Shown here in pieces: positions 12,256 to 26,251 of a DNA stretch of 64,000 bases (its first letter is position 1; each line of letters opens with the position of its first letter). Below the pieces are notes generated by a model. The model was given only the letters and a program-made list of their open reading frames with translations, did not search any database and was not told where the DNA came from. The DNA comes from Malacoraja senta (Eukaryota): NCBI GenBank assembly GCA_038087875.1, contig CM075989.1, forward strand, positions 3,472,001 through 3,536,000, read 5' to 3'. A program made the translations under genes and the position numbers.

Positions 12256-15200
12256 TACGCAACAAGATGTGTCTCCATACAAAAAGCAACTGTGAAATAA
12301 GAGTATTACCCAGGCCAAGTATTAGTTTAGGTCCTGGTGTGGTCACGTTTCTAGTCACTATAATACAATTGGGTGGCACAGCGGTAGAGTTGCCGCCTTA
12401 CAGCACCAGAGATCCAGGTTCGATCCTGACTACGGATGCTTGTATGTACGGAGTTTGTACCTTATCCTCATGACCTGCGAGGGTTTTCTCTGGGTGCTCC
12501 GTTTCCCTCCCACACTCCAAAGACGTACAGGTTTGTAGATTAATTGGCTTGGTAAAATTGTAAATTGTCCCCAGTGTGTGTAGGATAGTGCTAGTGTGTG
12601 GGGATCGCTGGCGGACTTGGTGAGCCGAAGGACCTGTTTCTGCGCTGTATCTCTAAACTAAATTGGAGTAGCATTTCACTCGAAATAATACAAATAAAAT
12701 ATACTAATTGGACTGGGAGAGTGTGTAATCCATCTTGCGATTAACCAATTTAACTACATTATACATTACACGTTATGTTAATGTGATCTGAAATACATTA
12801 ACATATTGTATGTGGTGTGAAAGATTAAGAAAACATGAAACTGAAAATACATTTGCCTCAGCAAGCTGACTTCCTCTGTCCCCCTGTACCTTGGGGAAAA
12901 ACATATTGAGATTTTACAACCCCAGAGATGACTTCTCAGAACACCGCATGCAAACATTATTCATTATAATATCCCAGACTGCTCAGAGATTAGTTCTTAG
13001 CAAATTAACTTAAGGAATGCTTATTTAGTAAACCAGACCTGATGCTGCATCTACTGATGGCATTAGTCCATTCACTCAATTATCTCATGGCTGTTAGTCT
13101 CCAGGCTGATAGTTTCTCCCTCTTGGCCTTAATACCCAAGTACTTATTATTTTCAAACTTGTTTGAAAAGCTAATTTATAGGAGACAGCACAATCTGTAC
13201 ATTTGTAGTTGTGGTAATTTTGTTACAGGGAGAGGGTATTGAGCAAGTTGCCTGTATTGTTGCATATTTACCATATTTATGCATATGACCAGGGAGCAGT
13301 GCTGAACCTCATTGGTGAACCTCGGACTATCCTTGATCGGACTTTGCTGGCTTTAACTTACACTAAACGTTATTCCCTTATCATGTACCTATACATTGTA
13401 AATGGCTCGCTTGTAATCATGTATTGTCTTTCTGCTGACTGATTAGTGTGCAACAAAAGGTTTTCACTGTACCTCGGTACACGTGACAATAAACTAAACT
13501 CAACTTATGCTTTTAGTCAGAGAGTCATACAGCACGGAAACAGGCCCTTCGGCCCAACTTGCCCATGTTGACCAAGATACCCCATTTACGTTAGTCCCAC
13601 CTGCCCGCGTTTGGTCCATCTAAACCTTTCCTATCCATGTACCTGTCCTTTTACTCTGATCCCAATTCCTTTGTAATCTTTTTCTCCTTGTGTTTTTCAA
13701 ATTCCCTGTGCGTTTAGCTCTGTATCATGTTTCTTGAATGCACTGAAACCATATGACAGATGATAAAATTAAGGACTCATAATATCCAAAGCATACTTGC
13801 AGCACCGATAAATGAGCAACCAGGCCCCTTTATTTCAGGAGCTTGTCTCTGCATTTTCATTGGGGGCGAGAAGGAAAAGATAGGTAGACATGAGTCTGTT
13901 TTAGTTTTTAGTCTTAGAGATTCAGCACAGAAACAGGCCCTTCGGCCCACCGGGTCCGCACCGACCAGCAATCCCGCACACTAACACTATCCAACACAGA
14001 CTAGTGACAATTTTACATTTATACCTGTACGTCTTTGGAATGTGGGAGGAAACCAAAGATCTCAGTGAAAACCCGCGCGGTCACGGGGAGAACGTACAAA
14101 CTCCGTACAGACAGTGCCCGCAGTCAGGATCTAACCCGGGTCTCTGTCGCTGTGATACCTTTACCACTACGCCACCGTGCCGTGTGTGTGTATATATTAT
14201 TCATGTGATGTAAGGTTGCATTCTTCATGTTCCTGCTGCTTGTTCTGTCACTATTAAATCCTCTTGACTGATAAATCTTTGCATCTATAATGCCCATCTT
14301 TTCCAAAGAGAGTACGATGCATCAGGCCTAATGATAGCTGCGGGGAAAGACGAGGAGGAAACCACAAAAGATGCCACTTGAGAACAAGTGGATGGGATAT
14401 TCATGGCCCATTTATACAGGCCCATGATCAAGAATTTTGTGAAGCATGGTTTCTAATCTGGGTATGATTCAATGATGCATCTGCTCACTTAACCTCCATA
14501 CATGGCCATCATCAATCAGGGTATTGACGATAGAAACAAGGAACCAGGCAGCACAGCGGGCAGAGCTGCTGCCTCACAGCACCAGTGACCCGGGGTTGAT
14601 CCTAACTACGGGTGCTGTCAGTGCGGAGTTTGTACGTTAGTGAGTTCGCATTTGGAGTATTGTGTTCAGTTTTAGTCTCCTTGCTATGCAAAGGCTATTG
14701 TGAAACTGGAAAGAGTGCAGAGAAGATGTGTGAGGACGTTGGCAGGACTTGAGTTGTAGAGACCTATAGGAGTACTTTATCCTTGGAACGCAGGAGGCTG
14801 AGGGGTGACCTTATCGAGGTGTATAAAATTACAAGGGGAATAGATAGAGTGAATGCACCGTTTTTTACTTTGAGTAGAGAAATCCATTACCAGAGTGCAC
14901 ACGTTTAAGGTGAGAGAGAAGAGACAGAGTGGCAACTTTTTTGCACAGGTGGTGGGTGCATGGAGTGAACTGCCTGGGGAGGTAGTTGAGGCAGGCACTA
15001 TAACAACATTTAAAAGACATTTGGACAGGGACATGGAGTGGAAAGATTCAGAGGGATATGGGCCAAACGCGGGCAGGTGGGGATAGTGTAGATTCAGGTA
15101 GATAGAGTGGTAAAGAAGGTATATGGACTACTTGCCTTCATTGGTCAGGGCATTGAGTACAAGAGTCAGAAAGTCATGAATGTCGATCAATAAGACTTTG

Positions 15201-16173
15201 GTTTGGCCACAAGTGGAGTTTTGTGTGCCGTTCCCGTCACCCCATTACAGGAAGGATGTGGAGGCGACAGAGTGTCGGTGGCTGAAGGGTCATAGAATTA
15301 TGACAGACATAGATTAGTAGATGGTCAGGGTGGAAATGTCAGGGACAAGAGGGCATAGCTTTGCGTTAAGAGGGGCAAAGTTTAAAGGCTTGTTTTTTTT
15401 TACCCAGTATTGTGGGGGGCTGCCAGGGTGGTGGTGGAGCCAGATACATAGTGGAGTTTAAGAGGATTTTCGATTGTAGAATGGAGGGATATAGATCATG
15501 TGCAGGCAGACAAGATGAATATAGCTTGACATGATGTTGGGCACAGACATTCCTGTGCTGCACCTTTCTACGTTCCAGTTAGCAGTAGACCTAGAGTGCC
15601 TCATCTTATGTGAAGATGCACCAGCAAGCCCTGACATGAAGTAAAATGTCAGTTATGGTGAGCTTCAAAACTAATTGTGTAATTAGAAGCATTTGCAGGA
15701 AGAGGTCACTGATCGCACTATGTGCATGACTCCAGGTGTTTCTTTCTTTCACTTCCCATCTCCAGAGGACGGAAGTCGAATTAGTGTCTTTATCACCATC
15801 CAAAATTAATTTAGTTTTCTTTCGTATTGAGATACAGTGCGGAAACAGGCCCTTTGGCCCCACCGAGTCCGCGCCAATCAGCAATCCCCGGACACACACA
15901 ATCCTACACACTAGGGACAATTTCCAATTTACCAAGCCAATGAACCTAAAAACCTGTACGTCTTTGGTGTGTGAGAGGAAACCGGAGCACCCGGAGAAAA
16001 CTCACGCAGGTGACAGGGAGAACGTACAGACGGCGCCCGTAGTCAGGATGGAACCCGGGTCTCTGGCGCTGTAAGGCAGCAACTCTACCGCTGCGCCACC
16101 GTCTTGTTCAATGGCCTTGAAGTGCATTTAAGAGTATGGACATTAACAATGAACTGTTGTTTTTCCATTGCAG

Positions 16174-16281
16174 TCTGCCATAAAAGGACTAAGCATGGGT
16201 GGCCTTCAGGTGGTTTCGATCACGGATAACACTCCGATCCCCCACAATGGCTGCCGGCCGCGCAAAGCACGCAGGATGTGA
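16174..16281 (+). CDS. MRPS11: MRPS11 last coding exon ([35 protein letters not shown])
   Basis: Acceptor ttttccattgcAG (16172-16173). uS11 C-terminal signature [13 protein letters not shown] at 16279-16281, in frame with the previous exon. Confidence 0.96.
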   Translation, partial: SAIKGLSMGGLQVVSITDNTPIPHNGCRPRKARRM

Positions 16282-16806
16282 AGCCTTGTCCTGTGCACCG
16301 AATGAGGACACCAACATTATTGCAGAATGGCCAGTATCCAACACACTGCAACATGAGCTGTGCTGAAATGTTTGCACTCTAATTACGAGAGGCTTATCTT
16401 GGAAGTGAGAGGAACAGCCAAATCAGACTGTGTGGGTAAATGATGAGAACATACCTTCTAATTCAGTGTGTAGAGCCTGATGGACAATGTGTAGGAAGGA
16501 ACTGCAGATGCTGCTTTAAACCGAAGGTAGACACAAAAAGCTGGAGTAACTCAGCGGGTCGGACAGTATCTTTGAAGAAAAGGAATAGGTGACGTTTCGG
16601 GTCGCGACCCTTCTTCAGTCTAACCCGAAACCTTAATCTGAAGAAGGGTCTTGACCAGAAACGTCACCTATTCATTTTCTCCTGGGACGTTGTCTAAACC
16701 GCTGAGTTACTCCAGCTTTTTGTCTCTATTTTCTGATGGACATTGCGTTGATTTTCAAAGCACTGAGACTCCTCAACAGCACAGACAATTGTAAGAGGTG
16801 TCAACA

Positions 16807-16812
16807 AATAAA
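16807..16812 (+). terminator. Candidate MRPS11 polyadenylation signal AATAAA
   Basis: First canonical AATAAA seen after the stop codon; a T-rich stretch follows near 16843. Confidence 0.5.
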
Positions 16813-17149
16813 TTGTGAAAATATACCAACGTGTATGTCAACTTTTTTTGCATTCAAAAGCAGCCCGCTTTTTCGTGGTAATGGTTTATTTTTTAATTCC
16901 AAACCTTAAAACTCTGGATGTGTCAGGAGGGACTGCAGATGCTGGTTTAAACTGAAGACAGACACAAAAAGCTGAAGTAACTCAGCGGGTCAGGCAGCAT
17001 CTATGGAGAAAAGGGAGAGGTAACTTTTCAAGTCGAGACCCTTCTTGGTGTGAAGAAGGGTCTCGGCCCAAGACGTCACCTATTCCTTAAAACTCTGAAC
17101 ATCACTGCATTTTTGAAGTTGTGTAGTTGATAACTGCAACGGTTTGCAA

Positions 17150-17605
17150 AACTGCAAACACTTTAACTGCCCCTCTCATTCCCGCACTGATCTTTCTGCC
17201 CTGGGTCACCACCATTGTCAGAATGAGGCCCCATGCAAACTGGGGGAACAGCAACTCATATTTCTGTTGGGCAGCTTACAATTCAAAATGACTTCTCTAA
17301 CTTCAAGTAACCCTTGCTTTCTCTCTCTCTTTCCTCACCCTAGTTCTCCGACTAGTTTAATTGTCCTCCTGATTAAATATTATTGATGTATGCCTCGTTG
17401 TCACCTTCCCCACAACTAACAATGAACCAATCTACAAATCCATAAACACCATCCCTATTGATGTATGTTTTCACTCCTTACCCTTCCACATCTCCCTCTC
17501 CCCTGACTCTCGGTCTGAAGAAGGGTCTCAACCCGAAACGTCACCCATTCCTTTTCTCTGCGGATGCTGCCTGTCCCGCTGAGTTACTCCAGCATTTGGT
17601 GTCTT
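17150..17605 (+). mobile_element. Penelope-like 3' fragment with GIY-YIG C-terminus and hammerhead-bearing pLTR
   Basis: KHFNCPSHSRTDLSALGHHHCQNEAPCKLGEQQLIFLLGSLQ, then a pLTR with the hammerhead core at 17515-17542. Confidence 0.8.
17512..17545 (+). ncRNA. Minimal type I hammerhead ribozyme motif (best-preserved copy)
   Basis: ggt-CTGAAGA-A-GGGT-ctca-ACCC-GAAA-C-GTC-acc: core, stem II, GAAA, GUC cleavage triplet; helix I ggt/acc. Confidence 0.7.
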
Positions 17606-20133
17606 AACAGTGGAGGATAAAATAGAAAGGATGAAAGTTTGTCTGCTCTCCACCCTGGACGTGTTTCCCGGTCTAATCATTTAATGTTCGCCGTGTTCCC
17701 AGTGCAGTTTGAGTCGTATGATGAGCTAATTCAGCTCGGAGCTGAAGCATTTACACTGATACTTGGGTTGTAGTATGAATGAATTATTGTTCATCAAATT
17801 CTGTTAATATTAATTAAAGCTCGACTTCCCACTCAGCAGGGGGGCTGCTGGCTGCAACAACTAATTCTACCCCAGTGAAGCTGTCCCTGACAATAGACCC
17901 ACAACCTTCACGAATACATTAACGATATTAATGAACACTTCCTCCACTTTCCACGTCTCGTTCAGTTGCAGATTAGTCGGGATGATATTAGAAATGAAGA
18001 CAAAGGCAGGCTCCAAACTTGTAACCTTGCATGAGTATTGATGGCAGGGAGACACAGCTGCCACGCTGCATACCTTGGCCACCCACGCATTAATTGAGAT
18101 GCACAAGGACTAAGGACGGCACCCTACTAGGGCTGTATCAGTGGGGAACGAAAATGAACCCGAACCATTGCTTTAATAACGTCCCAGAAATATCCACTTG
18201 GTTTAAATGCTGAACGCTTGACTGGAATAGCAGTTTAATCAAAACTATCTTTTTAGTAGGCCCTCCGGAGAATTTCATTATTGGCTGCAGTGTTCCTGTA
18301 AGGAATGATTTGAGTAATTATCTGTCAATCCTCCCAATTTGGCGGTGGCCCGAGTAAGTGGAAAATGGGAAAATCAGCACTCAAATATATTTGAACATGC
18401 TTCTGGAATTGGTGCAAGGCACACAGGGTTATGTAAGAGGCCTGCGGAGAACCAGCCCTTACAGGACCCTGTTCTGCTACCACCTCTCTTTTCTAACTTC
18501 CCCCCCCCTCCCCCCACTACAATCAGTCTGAAGAAGGTGTGAAACGTCACCTATTCATATCCTCCAGAGATGCTGCCTGACCTGCTGGGTTCCTCCAGCA
18601 CTTTGTGTTTTGCTCAAGGTTCCAGCCTCTGCAGTTTCTTGTCATAGAGTCTTACAGTGTGGAAACAGGCCCTTCGGCCCAACTTGCCCACACCGGCTAT
18701 CATGTCCCATCTGCACTAGTGCCATCAGCTTACATTTGGCCCATATCCCTCTAAACCTATCCTATCTATGTACCTGTCTTATTGTTTCATAAAAGTCGCG
18801 ATAATACCTGCCTCAACTACCTCCTCTGGCAGCTCGTTCGATTCACCCACCACCCTTTGTGTGAAAAAGTTACCCCTCAGATTCCTATTAAATCATTCCC
18901 CCCGCACCTTAAACCTATGTCCTCTGGTTCTCAATTCCCCAACTCTGGGCAAGAGACAACGTCTCCCTGATCTATTCCTCTCGTGATTTTGTACAGTAGC
19001 AATTCTTCAAAGTTTTCCATCGGATAGCATGGGGACCATCAGAGAGCGAGGTGGGCCATCGGAGAGTGAGGGAGAGCCGAGGAAGGACGCCGAGAAAAAA
19101 GGGAGCTCCGCCTGCTGCAACGTGCGGCAGGAGGCAGTAGATGGGACTTCGGTGAACTTTGCTAACTTTGTGTACTTGTGTACTGCCTGGATGAGGTCTG
19201 CTACATGATTTTACCAGGCTGCGTACACACAAAACATTTCATTGTATCGAGGTACATGTGACCATAAAGGAACATTGAATCATTGCACTCTCCATCTTAT
19301 TTATATCCTGTCCCTTTTATCCTGTACTTGTACACTGTGGACGGCCTAATTGTAATAATAAACTGAACAAAACCATTGAAAACCTTGCTCGCTAACACAC
19401 CACCAACTTTCATGTCATCTGTAAACTTACTTATACCTCATACCTCATACGTCATACCTCCTACCAGTCTGAAGAAGGGTCTTGACCCGAAACGTCACCT
19501 ATTCCTTCGCTCCATAGATGCTGCCTCACCTGCTGAGTTTCCCCAGCATTTTTGTCTACCTAGTCATACCTCCTACAATCACTTAGAACTTTTCTACGTA
19601 TTCTCTTTTATCTCATTAAAATACCTTTTCAGTTTTTGTTAGACTCTCTAGTACCAGTGCATGAAATTGCAGACGAAATGTGTAAGAAGGAACTGCAGAT
19701 GCTGGTTTAAATCGAAGATCGACACATAAAGCTGGAGTAACGCAGCGTCTCTGGAGAGAAGGAATGGGTGATGTTTCGAGTCGAGATGCTTCTTCGGTCT
19801 GAACAAGGGTCTCGACCCGAATCGTCACCCATTCCTTCTCTCCAGAGATGCTGCCTGTCCCGCTGAGTTACTCCAGCTTTTTGTGTCTATCTTCCATGAA
19901 ATTGCAGAACAGGCTTTGGCTTTATCACTCCGCTCTTCCCCAACGAATGTGCTTGGAGCAGAACAGCCTATAATGTACTTGCAGCTAATTCATGGATATG
20001 TACTCAACGCTGTGTCAATTCTTATAAGGTTCCCACAGCAGCTTTCCTTTTTATCTTCACTCTGTTCAGTATTTCTAGTTTTCATTTTTAACCCATTTTC
20101 CTGGCTTGCAACAACTTTCTGTTTTAAAGTTAA

Positions 20134-20354
20134 AAGGGGTGTCCCACTGTGGTGACCTAATTGGCGAGTTTAGAAGAGTTTGTCCTCGACTCATACTCGC
20201 AGCACGGTCGACACGAGGTCCTAGGAGGTCTTTGTAACTTTCCTTCATGCTCGAGAGTGGTCCCCGCCTACTAGTCTAGGCCTCAGCTAGGTCGCGGCAT
20301 ATTTTTCAACATGCTGAAAAATGCCCGCAAGTAAAAAAAGGTCGCCATGGAAAA
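20134..20354. mobile_element. Harbinger-type MITE left end running into an assembly gap
   Basis: taa followed by a(a)ggggtgtcccact, resembling the TIR family at 11393 and 55705. Confidence 0.5.
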
Positions 20355-20554
20355 NNNNNNNNNNNNNNNNNNNNNNNNNNNNNNNNNNNNNNNNNNNNNN
20401 NNNNNNNNNNNNNNNNNNNNNNNNNNNNNNNNNNNNNNNNNNNNNNNNNNNNNNNNNNNNNNNNNNNNNNNNNNNNNNNNNNNNNNNNNNNNNNNNNNNN
20501 NNNNNNNNNNNNNNNNNNNNNNNNNNNNNNNNNNNNNNNNNNNNNNNNNNNNNN
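20355..20554. other. Assembly gap (200 N)
   Basis: Run of N. Confidence 1.
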
Positions 20555-22736
20555 AACAACTGGGAAGAAACGGTCCCTGAATCTAGGTGTGCGTTTTCAC
20601 ACTTCTATGCCTTTTGCCCGATGGGAGAGGGCAGAAGAGTGGCCTTGGTGCGACTCGTCCTAGATTATGCTGCTGGCCTTGCCGGGGCAGCGTGAGGTGT
20701 CAATGGAGCCAATGGAAGGGAGGTCGGTTTGTGTGATGGTCTGGGCTGCGTCCACAATTTGCTGTGATCTTGGATGAAGCTTCGGCTGCCGAGCTCACTC
20801 ATGTTTGCACCGGCTGGGTCGGCTCTGGCACACGCTGCTGGCCTGGAAAGAAGGCACTTAGAAGTCAGAAGAGACATGAAAGGGATAAGAACAAGCAGGT
20901 GATGGAGGTTTATGGTCCATATGGATGCAGACGGGATCGTTTACATTGGCATCCCAGTTGGCACAGACACTGTGGGCCAAAGGCCATGTTCCTGTGCTGT
21001 ACTATGAAGCATCAGAAGAGCGAGAATTATCATTTCTCGTTTCATTATCGTTTCAACTAATGTACCTTTAAAGAGAGAGGAAAAAAACCCAGTTGAGAAC
21101 AATTTGTCTTTGTGTGAACTAATTGGATGGCGTTGTATTTCATGCAACACTCAGCTCAAACTCAATTAATTACCTCTTGTTTCCAAAGCTGGATCTCTTC
21201 CCAGTCACTGTCAAAGCAGGTGGGGAAATTGGGAGTTTGCTGCTCACTGCGAAGTGTTTGTGCCAGTATATGTATGCTGCGGTAAATGGGCTCCTGTTAT
21301 GCTGCACACTTTGATTCATTGTACAATATTACTTAAAAAGAATTGAGTCAGGACCCCAATTTTGTGGTATCCAGTTGTGAAATAAGGGTGAACACTGAAT
21401 AGACCCTGAATTAGTTTAGTAACACTGAACAAGGCCACCTTAGAGGGTGACACAGTGGAAGGAGTTGCTGCCTTACAGCGCCAGTGACCTGGGTTCGATC
21501 CTGACTACGGGTGCTGTCTGTACAGAGTTTGTACGTTCTCTCCATGACCACGTGGCTTTTCCCCGGGTGTTCGGGTTTCCTCCCACACTCCAAAGATGTA
21601 CAGGTTTGTAGGTTAATTGGCTTGTGTAAAAGTTGTTGTCCCTAGTGTGTAGGATCGTGCTAGTACACAGGGATTGCTGGTCGGTGCGGACTCGGTGGGC
21701 TGAAGGGCCTGTTTCCGTGATGTATCTTTAAAAACTACAACTTACGAAATAGAAACAAGTTGGGAAGGTGAAATGATTTAGTTTAAAGAAAAAACATATA
21801 TTGTAAATGAATCCCAGTAATAGATAAACAGCTTCATTTATCTGGAAAAATTGTGGATATCATTTTCAGGTGACAAAACTCTATCTGAAATGTTGGCCTG
21901 TAGTTTATTTCGAATGCCGGCCATTTCTGTCAATTTGCTGTTTTATTATTAAAATAACAAAGGAGGATGACTGAGGCTGAATCACAATACTCTGGGTTGC
22001 CAAGACAGCGGCAATTACTAGACTACTCAATTCTGAAAAGAGATGAGCCCAGCTCATCACTCGGGTCATTAGATGCCATTATGCCCATCAGCGCAGCACA
22101 GCTTTTTGTCATCCTTAACTCCGTACAGCATAGAAAGCTGCTGCAGTCTCTTTTTATGTCGGAAGGAACTGCAGATGCTGGTTTAAAGCAGATAGACACA
22201 AAATGCTGGAGTAACTCAGTGGGAAAGGCAGCACCTCTGGAGACAAGGAATGGGTGACGTTTCGGGTCGGGATCTTTCTTCAGACTGTTACTCTAAACCA
22301 AAAGCAGAGCTGATGAGGGAAATAGGTTAAATGTACAGAGTTTTTTTTAATGCAGAATAGGGGATCCAAGTTCCGGGGGGACATCCGTTTAGGGTGAGAG
22401 GGGAAAGATTTAATACGAACCTGAGGGACAAGTTTTTCCACACAGAGGGTGGTGGGTATATGGAGCAAGCTGCCAGGGGTGCTAGTACTATAACAACATT
22501 TAACAGACATTTAGACAGGTACATGGATAAGAATGCTTTGGAGCGAGACATGGGCCAAACGCGGGGACTTGGTCGGCATGGGCAAGGTGGGTCGAAGGGC
22601 CTGTTTCCACGCTGTATGACTCTACGACCAGATATCATATTCACTAATTGAACTAGTCAGGAATTGAAACTGTCCTATTGTAACGCATAACTGCGGTAAA
22701 TAACTTTATTCATGTCTTTCCAAAAATTATTGCAAC

Positions 22737-22943
22737 TGCCCCCTCCATTGACTCTTTTAAGTCAAGACTAAAGACTTATCTATACTCCCAAGCTTTTCCT
22801 GACGTCCTCTGAGTGAGGGCTACATGTATATATGTATGTAGTTTGTTTTGTTTGTGCTATTCTTATAACAAATGTAAAGCACTTTGGCCAACGAGAGTTG
22901 TTTTTTAAATGTGCTATATAAATAAATGTCTTGACTTGACTTG
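22737..22943 (+). mobile_element. L2 LINE 3' end
   Basis: APSIDSFKSRLKTYLYSQAF, then L2-type tail tgtaaagcactttg...tgtgctatataaataaa and (cttga)n. Confidence 0.7.
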
Positions 22944-25691
22944 ATCCAAGCATCCTTCATAGGGTCCCACATCAGTGAGACTGGTTACTCTAGTATTAAT
23001 GCACATGGACCAAAGAATAAAACCAATATAACAGAGTCTGAAGAAGGGTCCCGACCTCAAACATCACCTATTTATCTTCCAGAGTTGCTGCCTGGCCCAC
23101 TGAGTTACTCCAACACTTTGTATGCTTTTTAAATATGGCACAGAACCTAGAGTCCCACAGAAATTGTACGATTGCAGTATAGATCGAGCTCAACACAACA
23201 CTGAAACAGAAATTATTTTGTTGGGTTTATATAGTGTTTCTTTTCTCAGGACGTCACCAAGTATTTTTCAGCCAATTAAATATTTCTGAAGTGTTGTGAC
23301 TGGTGCCTTAACCAACACAGCAAATTACAGCTTGGATATCGATTCTCCAGCAACTGATGGTCTCGTATAAGCCGGACAAAATTCTGAGAGCTCAGTTGAA
23401 ATTCCCTGATCGGCCACAGATGGCGTAGCGAGTGATGAGTGATGAAAGAGTTCCAGTCGTGTCCCTCTGTCGTGAATGAATTAAAAGGGCCTGGCCCACT
23501 TACGCGACCTTTACAAGCGACTGCTGACACTCGTGATAGATCGCCAACATGTTCAACATGTTGAAAATTCAGCCTGTATGGTCGTGAGTACGGAAGCTGA
23601 GACTCCTTCCTCCAACCCCCACCTCCTGTTCCTTCTCCCCTGAAATCACAGACATGCTCCACCTCGAAAGCGGCAGCATGTGATAGGGGAGGGAGCCCCA
23701 TGGTAACCAAGGGGACACACTGAAAGAGAGTGCTGGAGTAACTCAGACGACTGAATCAGTCTGAGGAAGGGTCCCGGTCACCTATCCATGTTCTCCAGGG
23801 AATCTTCATAAGTTCATGCCACTGGAGTAGAATTAGGCCATTCAGCCCATCAAGTCAACTTTGCCATTCAATCATGGTTGATCTATCTTTTTCTCTCAAT
23901 ACCATTCTCCTACCTTCTCCCCATAACCCCGGTAACCATGCCGACCATCGACCACCCGTTCGCTCTCGTTCTACGTTATCCCATTTTCTCAACCACCACC
24001 TGCACGCGTGGGGCAATTTTACACAGGTCAATTAACTTACAATTTTGCACGTCTTTGGGTTGTGGGAGGAAACTGGAGCACCCAGAGCAAACCCACAAAG
24101 TCACAGGGAGAACACAGATAGCACCCGAGGTCAAGATCACAGGCAGCACCCGGGGCCAAGATGGAACCGGGGTCTTGGCACTGAGGAAGCGGCTCTACCA
24201 GCTGCGCCACTGTGTCACATTTTGGTAGCAGGAATCAGCATATCAAGGGATAGAAACACACAGAGTGTTGGGGTAACTCTAAGAGTCAGGCAACATCACT
24301 GGAGAACATGGATAGGCAGCGTTTTAGGTTATCTTCATACTGATTGTATAGGGGGAGGGGGGTGGGTGGAGTAAGGTGGAAGAGAGATGTGGGCGAGACA
24401 AAGTCTGGCAACTGATGGGTGGAACAAGGAACTGCAGGTGTTTACAAAGAGTCCCAATAGAACCTGACCCACTGAATTACTCCAGCACTTTGTGTCCTTT
24501 CGGTGGGTGAAGAAGGGCTCGCTGGTGCACCTTGCGAGCCGGGAGTGGCATCGGAAGCCGGGGTCTAACGTGCCAGGGAGACGGTGGGAGCCAAGGACGG
24601 GTCAGCGGGTCATTCCATTCACATTCGGTTTACATTTGATATTTGTTTTATTTCAGTTTCTGGCACTCCATGGTGCTTCAGACACACAGGAGGGGTGCCA
24701 TTAGTGGGCCAGAGGTGTATTGTTGTTTCACCTGTTCGACCAGAAATACGGATAATCCAGAAAGGCTCTGGAACGGCGGGTGCCGGAAAATCAATGTTCA
24801 ACCTGTATCATAAAAAGTGAATGAACAATTAACTGGCTTCAGCAAAATTGAAAACGCGTTTTGTTGCAGCATCAGAAACTTTAGAGAGGAACAAACTATT
24901 ATGTTCCATCACAATAATTCATCCAGAAAATCTCCAGCGTAGATGAATAGTGTTAAAATAAATGAGCAGGCAATCAAACACCATTCTGCAAAATTTTTAT
25001 TGACCAAGTCGATGTGATGTCCTTAAGTATAAAGGTGTTTATAAAATGTAGCATTCAGATGAAAACGAGTTGAAAGTCATTTGTAAAATTAGAAATTCAT
25101 CATACAATAATTCTTGCGTACAGGAGGGGAATGCAAACCTGGTTCCAGAATACTTCCACGTGAAATTAAATGTGGTACAATAAATTCACAACACTGGTGA
25201 AATTAAAAGAAAACTGATGCCCAGAAATTCCTCGCCAGTCACAAGACCAACCTCAGTCGAAGCAGAGTACAAGACTGAGGTACGGCCAAAGAGATGCTAT
25301 TTAGCAATCACAACCATAAAATACATTTCTAGGCAACAGGACCTTCAATTGGACAGAACTGGTACATTATATCCAGTTTCACTTTGTAAAAGGTCATTTC
25401 ACAGGAACACAAATAAACCTAAAGCTACAGAAAACAAAACAGGTCAATATTTTGGAGAGAATCCACCTAATTACCAAGCTTCCAAAGGAAGACTTTAATA
25501 CCATTTTCTGTATTCCCCAGGCTTTTGAACTGCTACATACTTCCATCAATTTCTGATTTTATTATTAATAATATTAGCAATTCAAGATTCTCACCACCAC
25601 CCCCTTCCCTGTCCACAGTAAGACTCATCCATCCTTGGTTCCCAGTTTAAAATGGGACTTCACTTCCGCCAAATGAAACAATGAACCACGT

Positions 25692-25697
25692 TTTATT
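25692..25697 (-). terminator. Candidate DET1 polyadenylation signal (AATAAA on minus strand)
   Basis: First tttatt seen downstream of the DET1 stop; another lies near 24996-25001. Confidence 0.4.
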
Positions 25698-26251
25698 GCA
25701 CCGACTCCATCGATTCCCAAGCTGGTAGTGTGTAGGAAGGAACTGTAGATGCTGGTTTAAACCGAAGAGAGACACAAAATCCTGGAGTCATTCAGCAGGA
25801 CAGGCAGCCTCTCTGGAAAGAAGGAATGGGTGACGTTTCAGGTCGAGAAGAAGGGTCTCGACCTGAAACGTCACCCATTCCTGCTCTCCAGAGAGGCTGC
25901 CTGTCCCGCTGTGTTACTCCAACATTTCGTGTCTATCCCAAGCTGGTAGTGAACTGTTCGATTGCCGGGTCTGCCGTCATTTGAGCAATAAACTGAAAAT
26001 AAATGATAGTTGCACAATATCAGGGACCAGCGCTCCAGAGATGCCACTGTCAAGAGGTTTACCTTTTCCACTGACTTGGTCATCCACTTTCCTGGCCGCT
26101 CAGCGGATTGGGTGTGAAAGACAAGTTAGAATACTGAATCTACGGTTGTTGCCTTCCACTACACTTCTTCCAAGTTCTACCTTTGGTGGTTCCAGACTCT
26201 CGTTTGGATCTCCTCCTGACACACCACAATGATGTGAGCCCAACACCATCT

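Noticed and set aside
17700..18300. Apparently unique sequence between the two 3' ends as a possible extra exon or gene
   Set aside because: No recognisable peptide or convincing splice pair; it may be a conserved non-coding element, but this cannot be supported without alignments.
20287..20695. ORFs spanning N runs (also 52637-53179)
   Set aside because: Artefacts of assembly gaps.
23411..23426. CTCF-like ggccacagatggcg
   Set aside because: Several mismatches to the core; expected by chance in 64 kb.
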